From NCBI RefSeq assembly GCF_004010195.1, contig NC_057717.1, forward strand, positions 105,657,927 through 105,721,926: a stretch of 64,000 bases of DNA, in the 5' to 3' direction. The translations under genes were made by a program, and so were the position numbers. Positions 27,500-39,066 of this stretch are shown piece by piece. The notes under the pieces were generated by a model. It had not been told where the DNA came from and ran no database searches. It worked only from the letters and a program-made list of their open reading frames with translations. The stretch is from Chiloscyllium plagiosum. Lineage: Eukaryota. Numbering within the stretch: the first letter of the stretch is position 1; every line of letters begins with the position of its first letter.

Positions 27500-28625
27500 T
27501 ATAAATCAGTTTTTTAGAGTTTCATTCTCAAGATAGCTTTTAATAGGTGTCATCTCAGCTCAGATAATGCATTGAAGGTGTAATGCATTTCACATGTAAT
27601 TTTGTAAGTACAAATTCACCCCACAAACTTGTGTGTGGGTGCAGGGGACATAGAGAGTGTGTGTGGGGGGAAAGTGTGTAAGTCTTGAGAGAGAGCTTGT
27701 GTATATGAGAGATGTGTGCGTGAGGCACGTGCTTATGTGAGAGAGAATGAGTGTGTGTGTAGTGCAGTGGGGTCACCTGTAGTGTGACATGAACCCAAGG
27801 TCCACGTTGAGGCCATCCCTATGGGTTCCTGGTGTGTGTGCACAAGTTTGTGGGGTGAATTTGTACTTGCAGAATTACATTTTATTTTGCTCATAAATCC
27901 ATCTAAGATTCTGTAAATCCCACTTTAGAAATAGAATCAGTCTTGACCTAACATTGGGAAACAGACAGACTTTAACCTCACACCTTCAATGCATCATCTG
28001 CTCTGAGATGATATCTATTGATTAGATTAGATTTCCCATAATGTCGAAAGTCCACACTGACCCTCAGAAGTAACCCACCCAGATCCATTTCCCTCTGATT
28101 AATGCACATAACGCTACGGGCAATTTTGCATAGCGAACTCAGCTGACCGGCACATCTTTGGACTGCGGGAGGAAACCAGAGCACCCAGAGGAAACCCACG
28201 CAGAGTTGGGGAGAATGTACAAACTCCACATGACAGTCACCCAAAGCCAGAATTGAACCTGGGACCCTGGTGCTGTGAGGCAGCAGTGCTAGCCATTGAA
28301 CCACCGTACCACCTGCTAGTGTTAAAAGCTATCTTGAGAATGTAACTTTTTTTAAAAAGTTCTGGGATTTACATATGAAGGAACCAAAACTAACACAATC
28401 ATTCTAAAAGATAAAAGACTTGACCTAAATGTGTTTAATGTTACATTCCATGATACTGCAATCCTGTTGCTATAAATTCTATGTCTTTTGATTCAGCTCA
28501 ACAATCACCTGATTAAGCAGCATTTCAAAAGCTAGTGCTTCCAAATAAAACCTGTTGGACTATAACCTGGTGTTGTGACTTTAGACTTTATCTACCCCAG
28601 TCCAATACTGTCACCTCCACATCCT
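27500..28625. mobile_element. Penelope-like element (family B), inverted arrangement, interrupted by a SINE
   Basis: Minus 27829-27773 encodes GTHRDGLNVDLGFMSHYR* (GLN-type ORF end); 27594-27632 is inverted at 27840-27880; terminal block at ~28505-28620 is shared with 31490-31610 and 62240-62370. Confidence 0.75.
28020..28313 (-). mobile_element. full-length tRNA-derived HE1-like SINE
   Basis: Head ggtggtacggtggttcaatggctagcactgctgcctcacagc with B-box ggttcaattc; tail (aatct)n. Confidence 0.85.
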
Positions 28626-29049
28626 GGAAAGCAATAAGGAGAAAGGCTAGAACCTGAAAGTGGTGTATACAAAATAGCATGCTTCCATTTTAATAAGACT
28701 AGACATACTAAAAGCTAATTGCTGGAAGTTAAACAGCCCAATTTCAGGAAGAGGAGTGCCTCTAAAATTCTAAGGAAAGGGTGCATCAGATAAGGAAATA
28801 GATATTCAAACAGGAATTATGTAAGTATGTGATTGTTCAACTTTCTGAAAGGAGAGATGGCTCAGGACTGTCAACAGTTCTTCCTTAAATACTGATAAAT
28901 TACTAGATAGTCTGAACATTTTATTTCTAAGGGAATGGTATTTCCTTATTATCCATGTTTGGGACAGGAAGATGTCAGTACTTTTTTGTTCCTTATTAGA
29001 GTGTTGCTGAGCAGGCCAGCATTTATTACCCATCCCTAAATGCCTAGAA

Positions 29050-30190
29050 AAGCAGTGACGGTTACCTCAATCGTGAGATACTGTGGGCCATCACCAGTAG
29101 CAGAATTGTTCTCCAACACAATCTGCAATGCTGGCATATCCCTCAGTCTCCTATTACTAAGTAGTCAGGGCATCAAACCTGGTTCAATGAAGAGTGCAGC
29201 AAGTTTGCCAGGGCAACACGGTGCTTATGGGAGCACTGCTCTCTCCATGGAGAGTAGAACTTAGTCAGTGTGTCTGAGATACTCTAGGTGTTGCTGCGTG
29301 TGGTGCAAAACTGACCATTCCCCAAGCCTGGAGGTCTGAGATGGACTATGCTTGCAGGATCTCAGTGTACAGAACTCTGGATAAGGGAGAGAAGAATGTA
29401 CCAAGTCGGCTAGCATCCTCAAAACACTGAGGGAAAAAGAGAGTGGATCCTGTCATGTTCGCTGAGTAGACTGTCATATGGCAGAATATCTCATCACCAG
29501 GACTTTCCCAGTAAGACATCTCTTGGCCATTAGTGAGAAATGCATGATGCTTCATGTATCCCCAGATGCTCTACACCACCACATGCTGTGCTTGAAGCAG
29601 TTGGTGGGAGGGCAGGGTGAAATTGGTTGCAGAAAGGAAGTCTGGAGAGAGATGCAGTGTCTTTTGTTGAGATTTGTCCCGAGCAGGTCTGCAACATGGG
29701 TCTCTGTGCTTTATGGTCTGTTCTCTGAGATGCACACAGAGATAAACATCGACTGTGCTTGGAGGACCATCAGCTCTGTAAAAGACACTCTTTGATCTGC
29801 CCTAAAATTACTGCCTTCCAGAACAAGGAGTTGACCCCAACAGGAGTGTTGTAGACTGGTACAGTTCAAGGTTGCAGGACTACGTGCTGAGGGATGTACC
29901 AAAGCTTGGGGTAGCTGCTGCCCAGCCACGATGGGAAAAGACCTCTGTCTGAGGTCTTTTGACCAAAGTATAACAAGGTTCTATTCAGTTGTTATATGCT
30001 CCTATTGCCTCAAAATGAATGTAACTAATGTCCTCCATGACTAGTGTTTGCAACTGCAGGGAAGCCGAGGAATGCCACATTCCAATGTGGTTGTACATTT
30101 TCCTCTTCAAAGACTGTCCAGAATACTTTTAGTATCTTTTGCACATACATCGTGTTTTTACAGAAAGTTTACTTTTGCAAATTGAAAATG
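29050..30190 (+). mobile_element. Tx1/L1-like LINE ORF2 C-terminal remnant
   Basis: Frameshifted WQNISSPGL...KEVWREMQ..RFVPS...VLYGLF..HTEINIDCAWRTISSVKDTL. Confidence 0.65.
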
Positions 30191-30206
30191 ACATGAACTG
30201 GAATAG

Positions 30207-30402
30207 AGATGGAAATGTGTTGCTGGAGAAGCGCAGCAGGTCAGGCAGCATCTAGGGAACAGGAGAATCGACGTTTCGGGCATTAGCCCTTCTTCAGGAA
30301 CGTCGATTCTCCTGTTCCCTAGATGCTGCCTGACCTGCTGCGCTTCTCCAGCAACACATTTCCATCTCTGATCTCCAGCATCTGCAGACCTCATTTTCTC
30401 TT
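30207..30402. mobile_element. palindromic non-autonomous Penelope-like element (family C) with hammerhead motif and 15-bp TSD
   Basis: Perfect 71-bp inverted arms 30205-30275/30299-30369; catgaactggaatag duplicated at 30192-30206 and 30403-30417. Confidence 0.85.
30266..30300 (-). ncRNA. minimal type I hammerhead ribozyme motif
   Basis: ttc-CTGAAGA-a-GGGC-taat-GCCC-GAAAC-GTC-ga on minus strand; stem I very short. Confidence 0.7.
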
Positions 30403-30439
30403 CATGAACTGGAATAGCCCAAGTACGAATAAAATCATA

Positions 30440-30928
30440 AACATTGTGATGATGAGAGCAGTGAATAACTCCCTGAAGCCTATCCCTCATCTACAGCCAT
30501 AAGGCAGGAGTGTGATGGAATACTCCCTACTTGCCTGGTGGGTGCAGCTCCAACAACACTCAAGCAGCTTGTCACTATTCAGGACAAAGCAGCCAATGTG
30601 TTTAGCACCATATCCAGAAATATATGTGCCCTCCATGTGTACCATTTACCAGCTGCACTGCAGCAACTCACCCAGGGCTCCTTCAATAGCACCTTCCAAA
30701 TCTGTGAGCTCAACCAACTCAAAAGCACAAGGGCAGCCGATACAGTACATGGGAACACCACCCCTCCAAGTCACCCACCATCCTGACTTGGAAATATATC
30801 GCTGTGCCTCCACTGTCACTGGGTCAAAATTCTGGAACTCCCTGCCCAACAGCATTGTGGGAAATGCTACATGCTCAGGACTACAGCAATTCCAGACACC
30901 CCACCATCTTCTCAAGGACAGTTAGGGA
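30440..30928 (+). mobile_element. CR1/L2-clade LINE 3' fragment
   Basis: Remnant SVMEYSLLAWW/GAAPTTLKQLVTIQDKAA and SKFWNSLPNSIVG. Confidence 0.7.
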
Positions 30929-31044
30929 TTCAAAGTTTGTGCGAAGATTTGTAGCTCGGGTGCTCGTTGCTGTGGTTCTGTTCGCCGAGCTGGAAGTTTT
31001 TGTTACAAACGTTTCGTCCCCTGGCTAGGTGACATCATCAGTGC
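30929..31044 (-). mobile_element. Penelope-like family A terminal fragment with hammerhead motif, nested in LINE tail
   Basis: Minus strand gca-CTGATGA-tgtcacctagccaggggac-GAAAC-GTT-tgt. Confidence 0.85.
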
Positions 31045-31059
31045 AATGCTGGCCTGTAC

Positions 31060-31612
31060 ACACACCCCCTCTCACAGGCTTATACTCTCACATGCGTACT
31101 CTAATGTTGCACACACATTGAAGTCTGGGATGAATTTTGTATTTGCAGACACATTCTACTTTGCTCAAAGAGCACAATCTGCAGCCAGTCAGTCCATTTA
31201 ACATTTTATAAATTCTTATTTTGGAAATAGAACAAGTCTATCTCAAGATTGGGATCTTATAAACTCTAACCTCTCACCTTTAATGCATGGTCTGAACTGA
31301 GATGTCACTTTTTAAATATAAAACCTTGTTATCTCGAGAATGTGACTTAAAAGAAGTTATCAGATTTTTGTATTAATGAACCGAAACCTGCAATCCGTTC
31401 TAAAAGAGGAAAGGCTTAACAGCAATCATTTCAGTTGCTTGACACTGTAATCTTTTGCTATACATTCTGTCTTATGATCCTGCTCCAACCTCCCTGATGA
31501 AGGAATAGTGCTCTAAAAGCTAGTGCTTCCAAATAAATCTGTTGGACTGTGACCTGGTGTGTGATTTTTAACTTTATCCACTCCAGTCCAACACCGGCAC
31601 GTCCACATCATA
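31060..31612 (+). mobile_element. Penelope-like family B terminal region
   Basis: Collinear with 27840-28620; degenerate ctgatgaagga...ctctaaaagctagtgc. Confidence 0.75.
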
Positions 31613-32038
31613 ATTAAGGGAAGGAATTTAAACTGGCTGTTTTATTACAAGAGGGCACAATGGAGATTGCATGGCCAGCCAGCTACAGTCAAAACACAGT
31701 TTAGTTTTTAAAATCTAACTTTAAGTTTCAAAGCTAAAGGAGGGGTTCCACATATCTTGCCAAATATAGTAGCTCAAATGTTGTTGATCTCACTACACTA
31801 TTTTCATTTTCCAATTCTTGGCTCAAAGAGCTGGAGGCGATGGCAACACAATTGAACTGCTGTTTAAATGTTATGGATGTTTTTCACCCAGCCAACCTTT
31901 CAGACAAAGTGTTCTCGATTCGCACTACACCGAGGTGAAACAAATTCCCCTCTTAGCCTTCCCTTTCTACCTTAACTCTATGCCCCTTCTACTAGTGAAG
32001 ATTTTTCACACCTCTATCAGATCCCCTCTCAACCTTCA

Positions 32039-32538
32039 NNNNNNNNNNNNNNNNNNNNNNNNNNNNNNNNNNNNNNNNNNNNNNNNNNNNNNNNNNNNNN
32101 NNNNNNNNNNNNNNNNNNNNNNNNNNNNNNNNNNNNNNNNNNNNNNNNNNNNNNNNNNNNNNNNNNNNNNNNNNNNNNNNNNNNNNNNNNNNNNNNNNNN
32201 NNNNNNNNNNNNNNNNNNNNNNNNNNNNNNNNNNNNNNNNNNNNNNNNNNNNNNNNNNNNNNNNNNNNNNNNNNNNNNNNNNNNNNNNNNNNNNNNNNNN
32301 NNNNNNNNNNNNNNNNNNNNNNNNNNNNNNNNNNNNNNNNNNNNNNNNNNNNNNNNNNNNNNNNNNNNNNNNNNNNNNNNNNNNNNNNNNNNNNNNNNNN
32401 NNNNNNNNNNNNNNNNNNNNNNNNNNNNNNNNNNNNNNNNNNNNNNNNNNNNNNNNNNNNNNNNNNNNNNNNNNNNNNNNNNNNNNNNNNNNNNNNNNNN
32501 NNNNNNNNNNNNNNNNNNNNNNNNNNNNNNNNNNNNNN
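32039..32538. other. assembly gap (500 N, scaffolding-type)
   Basis: N run of round size. Confidence 1.
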
Positions 32539-32572
32539 GCAGCAGTGCGAATCACTGAGCCACCATGTACCC
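32539..32572 (-). mobile_element. 5' head of HE1-like SINE, truncated by gap
   Basis: Reverse complement ggtacatggtggctcagtgattcgcactgctgc. Confidence 0.6.
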
Positions 32573-33064
32573 ATATCGAACTTAATATCTTGACCTTGTT
32601 CCTTTTTAAATTCTCTGAATGATTTCACTATCTTAGCTGTACCATTTGGGGCTGTAGCCTATTAGACATGCTGGCGAATGAAAGTCACTCCTTCACAGCG
32701 GTGAACCTACCGAATTCACTACCACAAAGTTGTGGAGGCCGGATCATTCTGTATTTTGAACACAGAGATAGATAGGTTCTTGATTATCCAGGGATCAATG
32801 GTTATAGGGAGAATGGGGTTGACACAGTTATCAGCCATGATTGAATGGTGGACCAGACTCGATGGGCTGAATGGCCTAATTTCTGCTCCGATGTCTTATG
32901 TTTTTATAGAAGGCATAAAACAGCTCCTGTCCCTCCTATGTTCCTACATATTTGAGCTCCCAGACTGAAGTACAAACAAGATCCTAACTATTAAATCCTC
33001 TCCACCGTCCTCTCCTATTCTCTCTCCTGGAGAACACAAGCTCCCCATCAGTTTCTGGCCATCA

Positions 33065-33730
<666 letters not shown>

Positions 33731-33887
33731 CTATTAAATCTTAATGCTCAGGGAGGAATCAGTGACACTGTGACTTGTGTGTTGGTGCATTGAGGCAATC
33801 ATCTCTACACAATCCATGTAACCATTGCTCCCAACATTCCAGAGAGTCAAGAGTGATCCCATTGGGATAAACTGGTTCAATGGACCT

Positions 33888-35122
33888 CACGCAATATTCC
33901 AACAGTGGCCTAACCAATGTCCTGTACAGCCGCAACATGACCTCCCCACTCCTGTACTCAATACTCTGACCAATAAAGGAAAGCATACCAAATGCCTTCT
34001 TCACTATCCTGTCTACCTGCGACTCCTATTTCAAGGAGCTATGAACCTGCACTCCAAGGTCTCTTTGTTCAGCAACACTCCCTCGGACCTTACCATTAAG
34101 TGTATAAGTCCTGCTAAGATTTGCTTTCCCAAAATGCAGCACCTCGCATTTATCTGAATTAAACTCCATCTGCCACTTCTCAGCCCATTGGCCCATCTGG
34201 TCCAGATCCTGTTATAATCCGAGGTAACCCTCTTCGCTGTCCACGACACCTCCAATTTCGGTGTCATCTGCAAACTTACTAACTGTACCTCTTATGCTCA
34301 CATCCAAATCATGCCCTCTAGTGACAAAATTTAGAGGGCCCAGCACCGATCCTTGTGGCACTCCACTGGTCACAGGCCTCCAGTCTGAAAACAACCCTCC
34401 ACCACCACCTCTGTCTACTACCTTTGAGCCAGTTCTGTATCCAAATGGCTAGTTCTCCCTGTATTCCAAGAGATCAACCCTTGCTAATCAGTCTCCCATG
34501 GGGAACCTTGTCGAATGCCTTACTGAAGTCCATATAGATCACATCTACTGCTCTGCCCTCATCAATCCTCTTTATTACTTCATCAAAAAACTCAATCAGT
34601 CTGGTCTCCTTTCTATCGGAAAGATGTGAAACTTGAAAGGGTTCAGAAAAGATTTACAAGGATGTTGCCAGGGTTGGAGGATCTGAGCTACAGGGAGAGG
34701 CTGAACTGGCTGGGGCTGTTTTCCCTGGAGCGTCGGAGACTGAGGGGTGACCGTATAGAGATTTACAAAATTGAGGGGTATGGATAGGATAAATAGACAA
34801 AGTATTTTCCCTTGGATCGGGGAGTCCAGAACTAGAGGGCATAGGTTTAGGGTGAGGGGGGAAAGATATAAAAGAGACCTATGGGGCAACTTTTTCACGC
34901 AGAGGGTGGTACGTGTATGGAATGTGTTGCCAGAGGATGTGGTGGAGGCTGGTACAGTTACAACATTTAAGAGGCATTTGGATGGGGATATGAATAGGAA
35001 GGGTTTGGAGGGATATGGGCCGGGTGCTGGCAGGTGGGACTAGATTGGTTTGGAATATCTGGCCGGCATGGACGGGTTGGACCGAAGGGTCTGTTTCTGT
35101 GCTGTACATCTCTATGATTCTG
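33888..35122. mobile_element. CR1-type LINE with 5' inversion
   Basis: 33888-34598 minus: RT region (SGVPQGSVLGP, KFADD) ending LEYCV; 34597-35122 plus: resumes at Q-WSP..RKD..KLERVQ through 3' tail. Confidence 0.85.
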
Positions 35123-35659
35123 ACTTCCAGAATGGATCACATGATTTTGTTTTGGGGAATCAGCTGAAGAAACCCAGATGGCTATTGTTGGGATGTGACA
35201 TTATGAATAGGGCCACAGAACAGAAAGCCAATTGGACCCAAGTTAATGATAACACTGAGAGACATTCAAGGCTAAAGAAGCACATCAACCTTTAAAAGTA
35301 AGGTAAATTGTTGGAGTTGTGGAAGAGCTCAGTTGAGGAAAACACCTCTCGAAAGCAGGGCCCTCCACCACATCACTCAATAAAACTGTTTGATGCAAAG
35401 TCAACTTGAACAGGATATAGGCTCCTGAACCAATTTTAAAACACCACCCAACACGGCCACATTCCTGACACAAAGCTGCTTTGACAACAAGGCCCCAAGG
35501 CATATTTCTATTGCCTCTGAAATGAAAGTTTCTGATACTCTGGCGCCATGCCCTCTTCCTTCCTACTATTGGTATAAACTGCATTACAAATGCCAGTTTC
35601 TTGCAGGGTAAAGAAAGCTTTCAAATGTGAAATATCTTCTCACCGTTAGTGTCAGAGTA

Positions 35660-35930
35660 CAGTGGCATGGGAATAACGTCACCAGATTTATAATCCAGAA
35701 CCCCAGTCTCACGTTCTGGGGATGTGGGTTTGAGCCCCACCAAGGCAGATAGTGAATTTAAAATTGAACTTTAAAGAACTCTGAAATTCAAGAGCCAGCT
35801 TAATGGAGATTATTACAGGCTGTGATAAAACCAACCGGTTCACTGCCTTTTAGGGAAGGAAATTTGCTGTCCTCACCTGGTCAGGACTAAATGTGACCCC
35901 AGATCCACAGCAATGTGGCTGACTATGAAC
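35660..35930 (+). mobile_element. tRNA-derived SINE (second family), degenerate
   Basis: Similar to the reverse complement of 50385-50730; B-box-like ggtttgagccc. Confidence 0.6.
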
Positions 35931-36073
35931 TGGGATCTTACAAGCTGGTGTCAAGTAAGCTATGTAATTTATCTCATTGTAATATCACTGATTTTAATTC
36001 AAAGTTTGGGAGAAGATTTGTAGCTCGGGTGCTCGTTGTTGTGGTTCTGTTCGCCGAGCTGGGAATTTGTGTT

Positions 36074-36113
36074 GCAGACGTTTCGTCCCCTGTCTAGGTG
36101 ACATCCTCAGTGC
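36074..36113 (-). ncRNA. minimal type I hammerhead ribozyme motif (mirror copy)
   Basis: Exact reverse complement of 36674-36713. Confidence 0.75.
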
Positions 36114-36673
36114 TTGGGAGCCTCCTGTGAAGCGCTTCGGTGATCTTTCCTCCGCCATTTATAGTGGTTTGTCCCTGCCGCTTCCGGTTGTCAGTTCCAG
36201 CTGTCCGCTGCAGTGGCCGGTATATTGGGTCCAGGTCGATGTGCTTATTGATTGAATCTGTGGATGAGTGCCATGCCTCTAGGAATTCCCTGGCTGTTCT
36301 CTGTTTGGCTTGTCCTATAATAGTAGTGTTGTCCCAGTTGAATTCATGTTGCTTGTCATCTGCGTGTGGCTACTAAGGATAGCTGGTCGTGTCGTTTCGT
36401 GTCGGTCCTCAGTAGCCACACATGCAGATGACAAGCAACATGAATTCGACTGGGACAACACTACTATTATAGGACAAGCCAAACAGAGAACAGCCAGGGA
36501 ATTCCTAGAGGCATGGCACTCATCCACAGATTCAATCAATAAGCACATCGACCTGGACCCAATATACCGGCCACTGCAGCGGACAGCTGGAACTGACAAC
36601 CGGAAGCGGCAGGGACAAACCACTATAAATGGCGGAGGAAAGATCACCGAAGCGCTTCACAGGAGGCTCCCAA

Positions 36674-36713
36674 GCACTGAGGATGTCACCTAGACAGGGG
36701 ACGAAACGTCTGC
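36674..36713 (+). ncRNA. minimal type I hammerhead ribozyme motif
   Basis: gca-CTGAGGA-t-GTCACCT-agac-AGGGGAC-GAAAC-GTC-tgc: stem I gca/tgc, stem II, palindromic minimal stem III, GUC triplet. Confidence 0.78.
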
Positions 36714-37694
36714 AACACAAATTCCCAGCTCGGTGAACAGAACCACAACACTGATTTTAATGCTTGGATTTTGACTTAGTGGCATGGCAGATTTGGTCTG
36801 TATGTACGAGTTGGACCGAAAGTTCTGTTTCCATGCTGTACATCTCTCTGACTCCATGAAGGTAGTTAATAATGAATTGGTCAGCATTTCTGGAGCCATG
36901 AGTTTCCAAAGTGTACAATAAAATTAAAATGTACAACTATGTAAAGAGCTAGTACAAACTCTCAAATGTGTTAGCCTCAATCCTAAAGGAGGAGTAAAAC
37001 AGGCCTGAGCTCTCGACAGATCAGGGAGCAGGAGCACACCAAGCACACGATATCCAATCATCCTGATCATATATTCGGAGAGAACAGGATTGAGTTCAGC
37101 TGTGGACAAACAGCTGTTGACACTCCACACTCTAGCTTACACGTGGACAACATGACCTTGCGGACAGTGGTCACAGGCTGACTGGTCCTGCACAACAAGG
37201 ACCTGATAGCTGCAAGATGGGAGAAAAACAGAGCGATCATGAAGAAAATCAGAACCCAGTTTGGAGATGGCAGTGAACATGACCACCTTGGATTACGAAA
37301 CAAAAGCATTCTATTCTAGTGTGCGTCCAATGATGAACCAGAATGTTTTTGTCACTGATCACATTAAACCAGAGGAGTTAAACCACAAAAATAACAGTAC
37401 CTCATCAACAGTATTCTGGCCCTGCACTTGCCTGGGGGAAACCCAGTGTACAAAGCTAGTGCCTTTATCTCAAAATACTTATCTCTATTTACTGAAACAT
37501 CAAAACAAATGCACACAAACATCATTCAGCATTGATAAACTTGTAAACCCAGTATGACAATCTTTAAAAGGAACAATTCAGGGAACGAAAGGTTTATACT
37601 TTTGTCTCAGTGAGAGCTGTGAGATGAGGGAATAAAATGAGATGGGCTTTTCAACTTCTGAATGAAACACCTGAGCAGAAATCAAGATATAAAT

Positions 37695-37794
37695 ACTAAA
37701 ACAGAAATAGATGGAAAATCTCAACAGCCCTGGCAGCATTTGTGGACAGAAAGCAGAGTTAACATTTCAGATCCAGTGACCCTTCTTCAGAACT
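37695..37794 (-). mobile_element. family C-related element with degenerate hammerhead
   Basis: Minus strand agtt-CTGAAGA-agggtc-actg-gatct-GAAA-tgttaact. Confidence 0.6.
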
Positions 37795-38204
37795 CAAGAT
37801 ACAAGAGATTGTAAAGACAGAGTCAAAGTTAGCCAGCCTTACAATATTCTCAGTGTTGCACTTGGGAGAGGCCAGGCATCTCCTGCTTGCAGTCACAACA
37901 ACATCCCAGCCAGGGATGAAAGAACTGGATACTCCAGTGGGAAGGATTAGGGACAATGTGGTTGGATCAAAGAAGATGGGTTGAATGATCTTTGTCAATC
38001 ACCAATAATTTGCAACTTTTCAAGTCAATGATATGTGGGTCTTGTCACTCCCCTATGGTGTGAGATGCACAAGAGAGTGAGTCTTCATAGATCATGGAGG
38101 CAGTTTCCCACATCCATCCAGGTTGGTCACAACAGCCCAGACTCAGAGTAAGGAGTGGGAAGGCAAACGGAGCTTGGAAACACACTGCATGATAACAAAC
38201 TCAC

Positions 38205-38323
38205 CTGAATGATTTCCTCCTTCCTTATCTGATGGAAGCTGAGCTGGCTCAGATTTAACTGAGCTGTGAGTGGTCGCACATCACTGTCCTTCACATTCTT
38301 CGTGATGAGGAGATTGGAGAATT
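38205..38323 (-). CDS. TYK2: TYK2 exon, SH2-JH2 linker (EFSNLLITKNV...LNLSQLSFHQIRKEEIIQ)
   Basis: 119 nt, AG/GT, LNLSQLSFH as in TYK2. Confidence 0.94.
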
Positions 38324-38861
38324 CTGAAAGGCAAAACAGAGTGCACACTGCCAAAAAATCTATAATCGGGTTTTTACAGCTTTCAAACTAAGAAGGGTGT
38401 TGAAGCACCATTTACAATCGGAGGGAGAGGGGAAACAGGGTGCAACAGTGTCTGCAATCTGAGGGGGAGTTGGGAGTGTAGTCGAGTTTGAAACGGTAGG
38501 GACTGCGAAAGGGAATTGAGAATTTGCACATACCTACTCAGGATAAGAGTGCTCAGTGCAATCTAAAGGAAGCTGAGTGGAACCCTCTGACAGGGAATCA
38601 GATGGGAGGAGTGAGTGAATTGAGGAGCCCCGAGTTACAAGTGGTCCTCGGGGTGGGTATGATCTCAAAGAAATGACAGACATGCCTTTGGGAGACTGAG
38701 AGATGTTGTCAAACTCTTGTTCAAGGGAAAACAGGAGAATCATTAACTGCAATTCCACATCAGCTCTGGCAGTGCCCTCCCAGCTATGGGGGTGCATAAC
38801 TGTAAAGAATACAAGAAGAGCACAAGGAGGAAAAGTACACAAGTCTGACGTTGCTGTTTAC

Positions 38862-39066
38862 CATGAGGAAGAGGCGGGCAACACTTTTTGACCATGTAGC
38901 TCTCGTTGCCTGATTTCAGCAGGCAGCCCTTGAGGCTCTCGAGGAGCTCCTTCACACTGGGGAAAGACCGCTCCCATCCCTGCAGCACATAGGCATTTGG
39001 GGCCTTCCTCTCAATCTGAAACTGCTTCATGTCCTGAAAACTCCCAGAACCTTTCAATAATTCAAA
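38862..39066 (-). CDS. TYK2: TYK2 exon, SH2-like (KQFQIERK..YVLQGWERSFPSVKELLESLKGCLLKSG..KKCCPPLPH)
   Basis: Donor clear; acceptor ambiguous (39066 or in-frame alternative 39033). Confidence 0.9.

Larger units (their letters stand above)
35999..36748. mobile_element. Penelope-like family A fold-back insertion with 13-bp TSD
   Basis: ~343-bp inverted arms 36037-36379/36406-36750; right arm encodes HEFDWDNTTIIGQAKQRTAREFLEAWHS..INKHIDLDPIY; cactgattttaat at 35986-35998 and 36749-36761. Confidence 0.92.

Noticed and set aside
28240..28313. tRNA gene
   Set aside because: A/B boxes belong to a SINE head; no full cloverleaf
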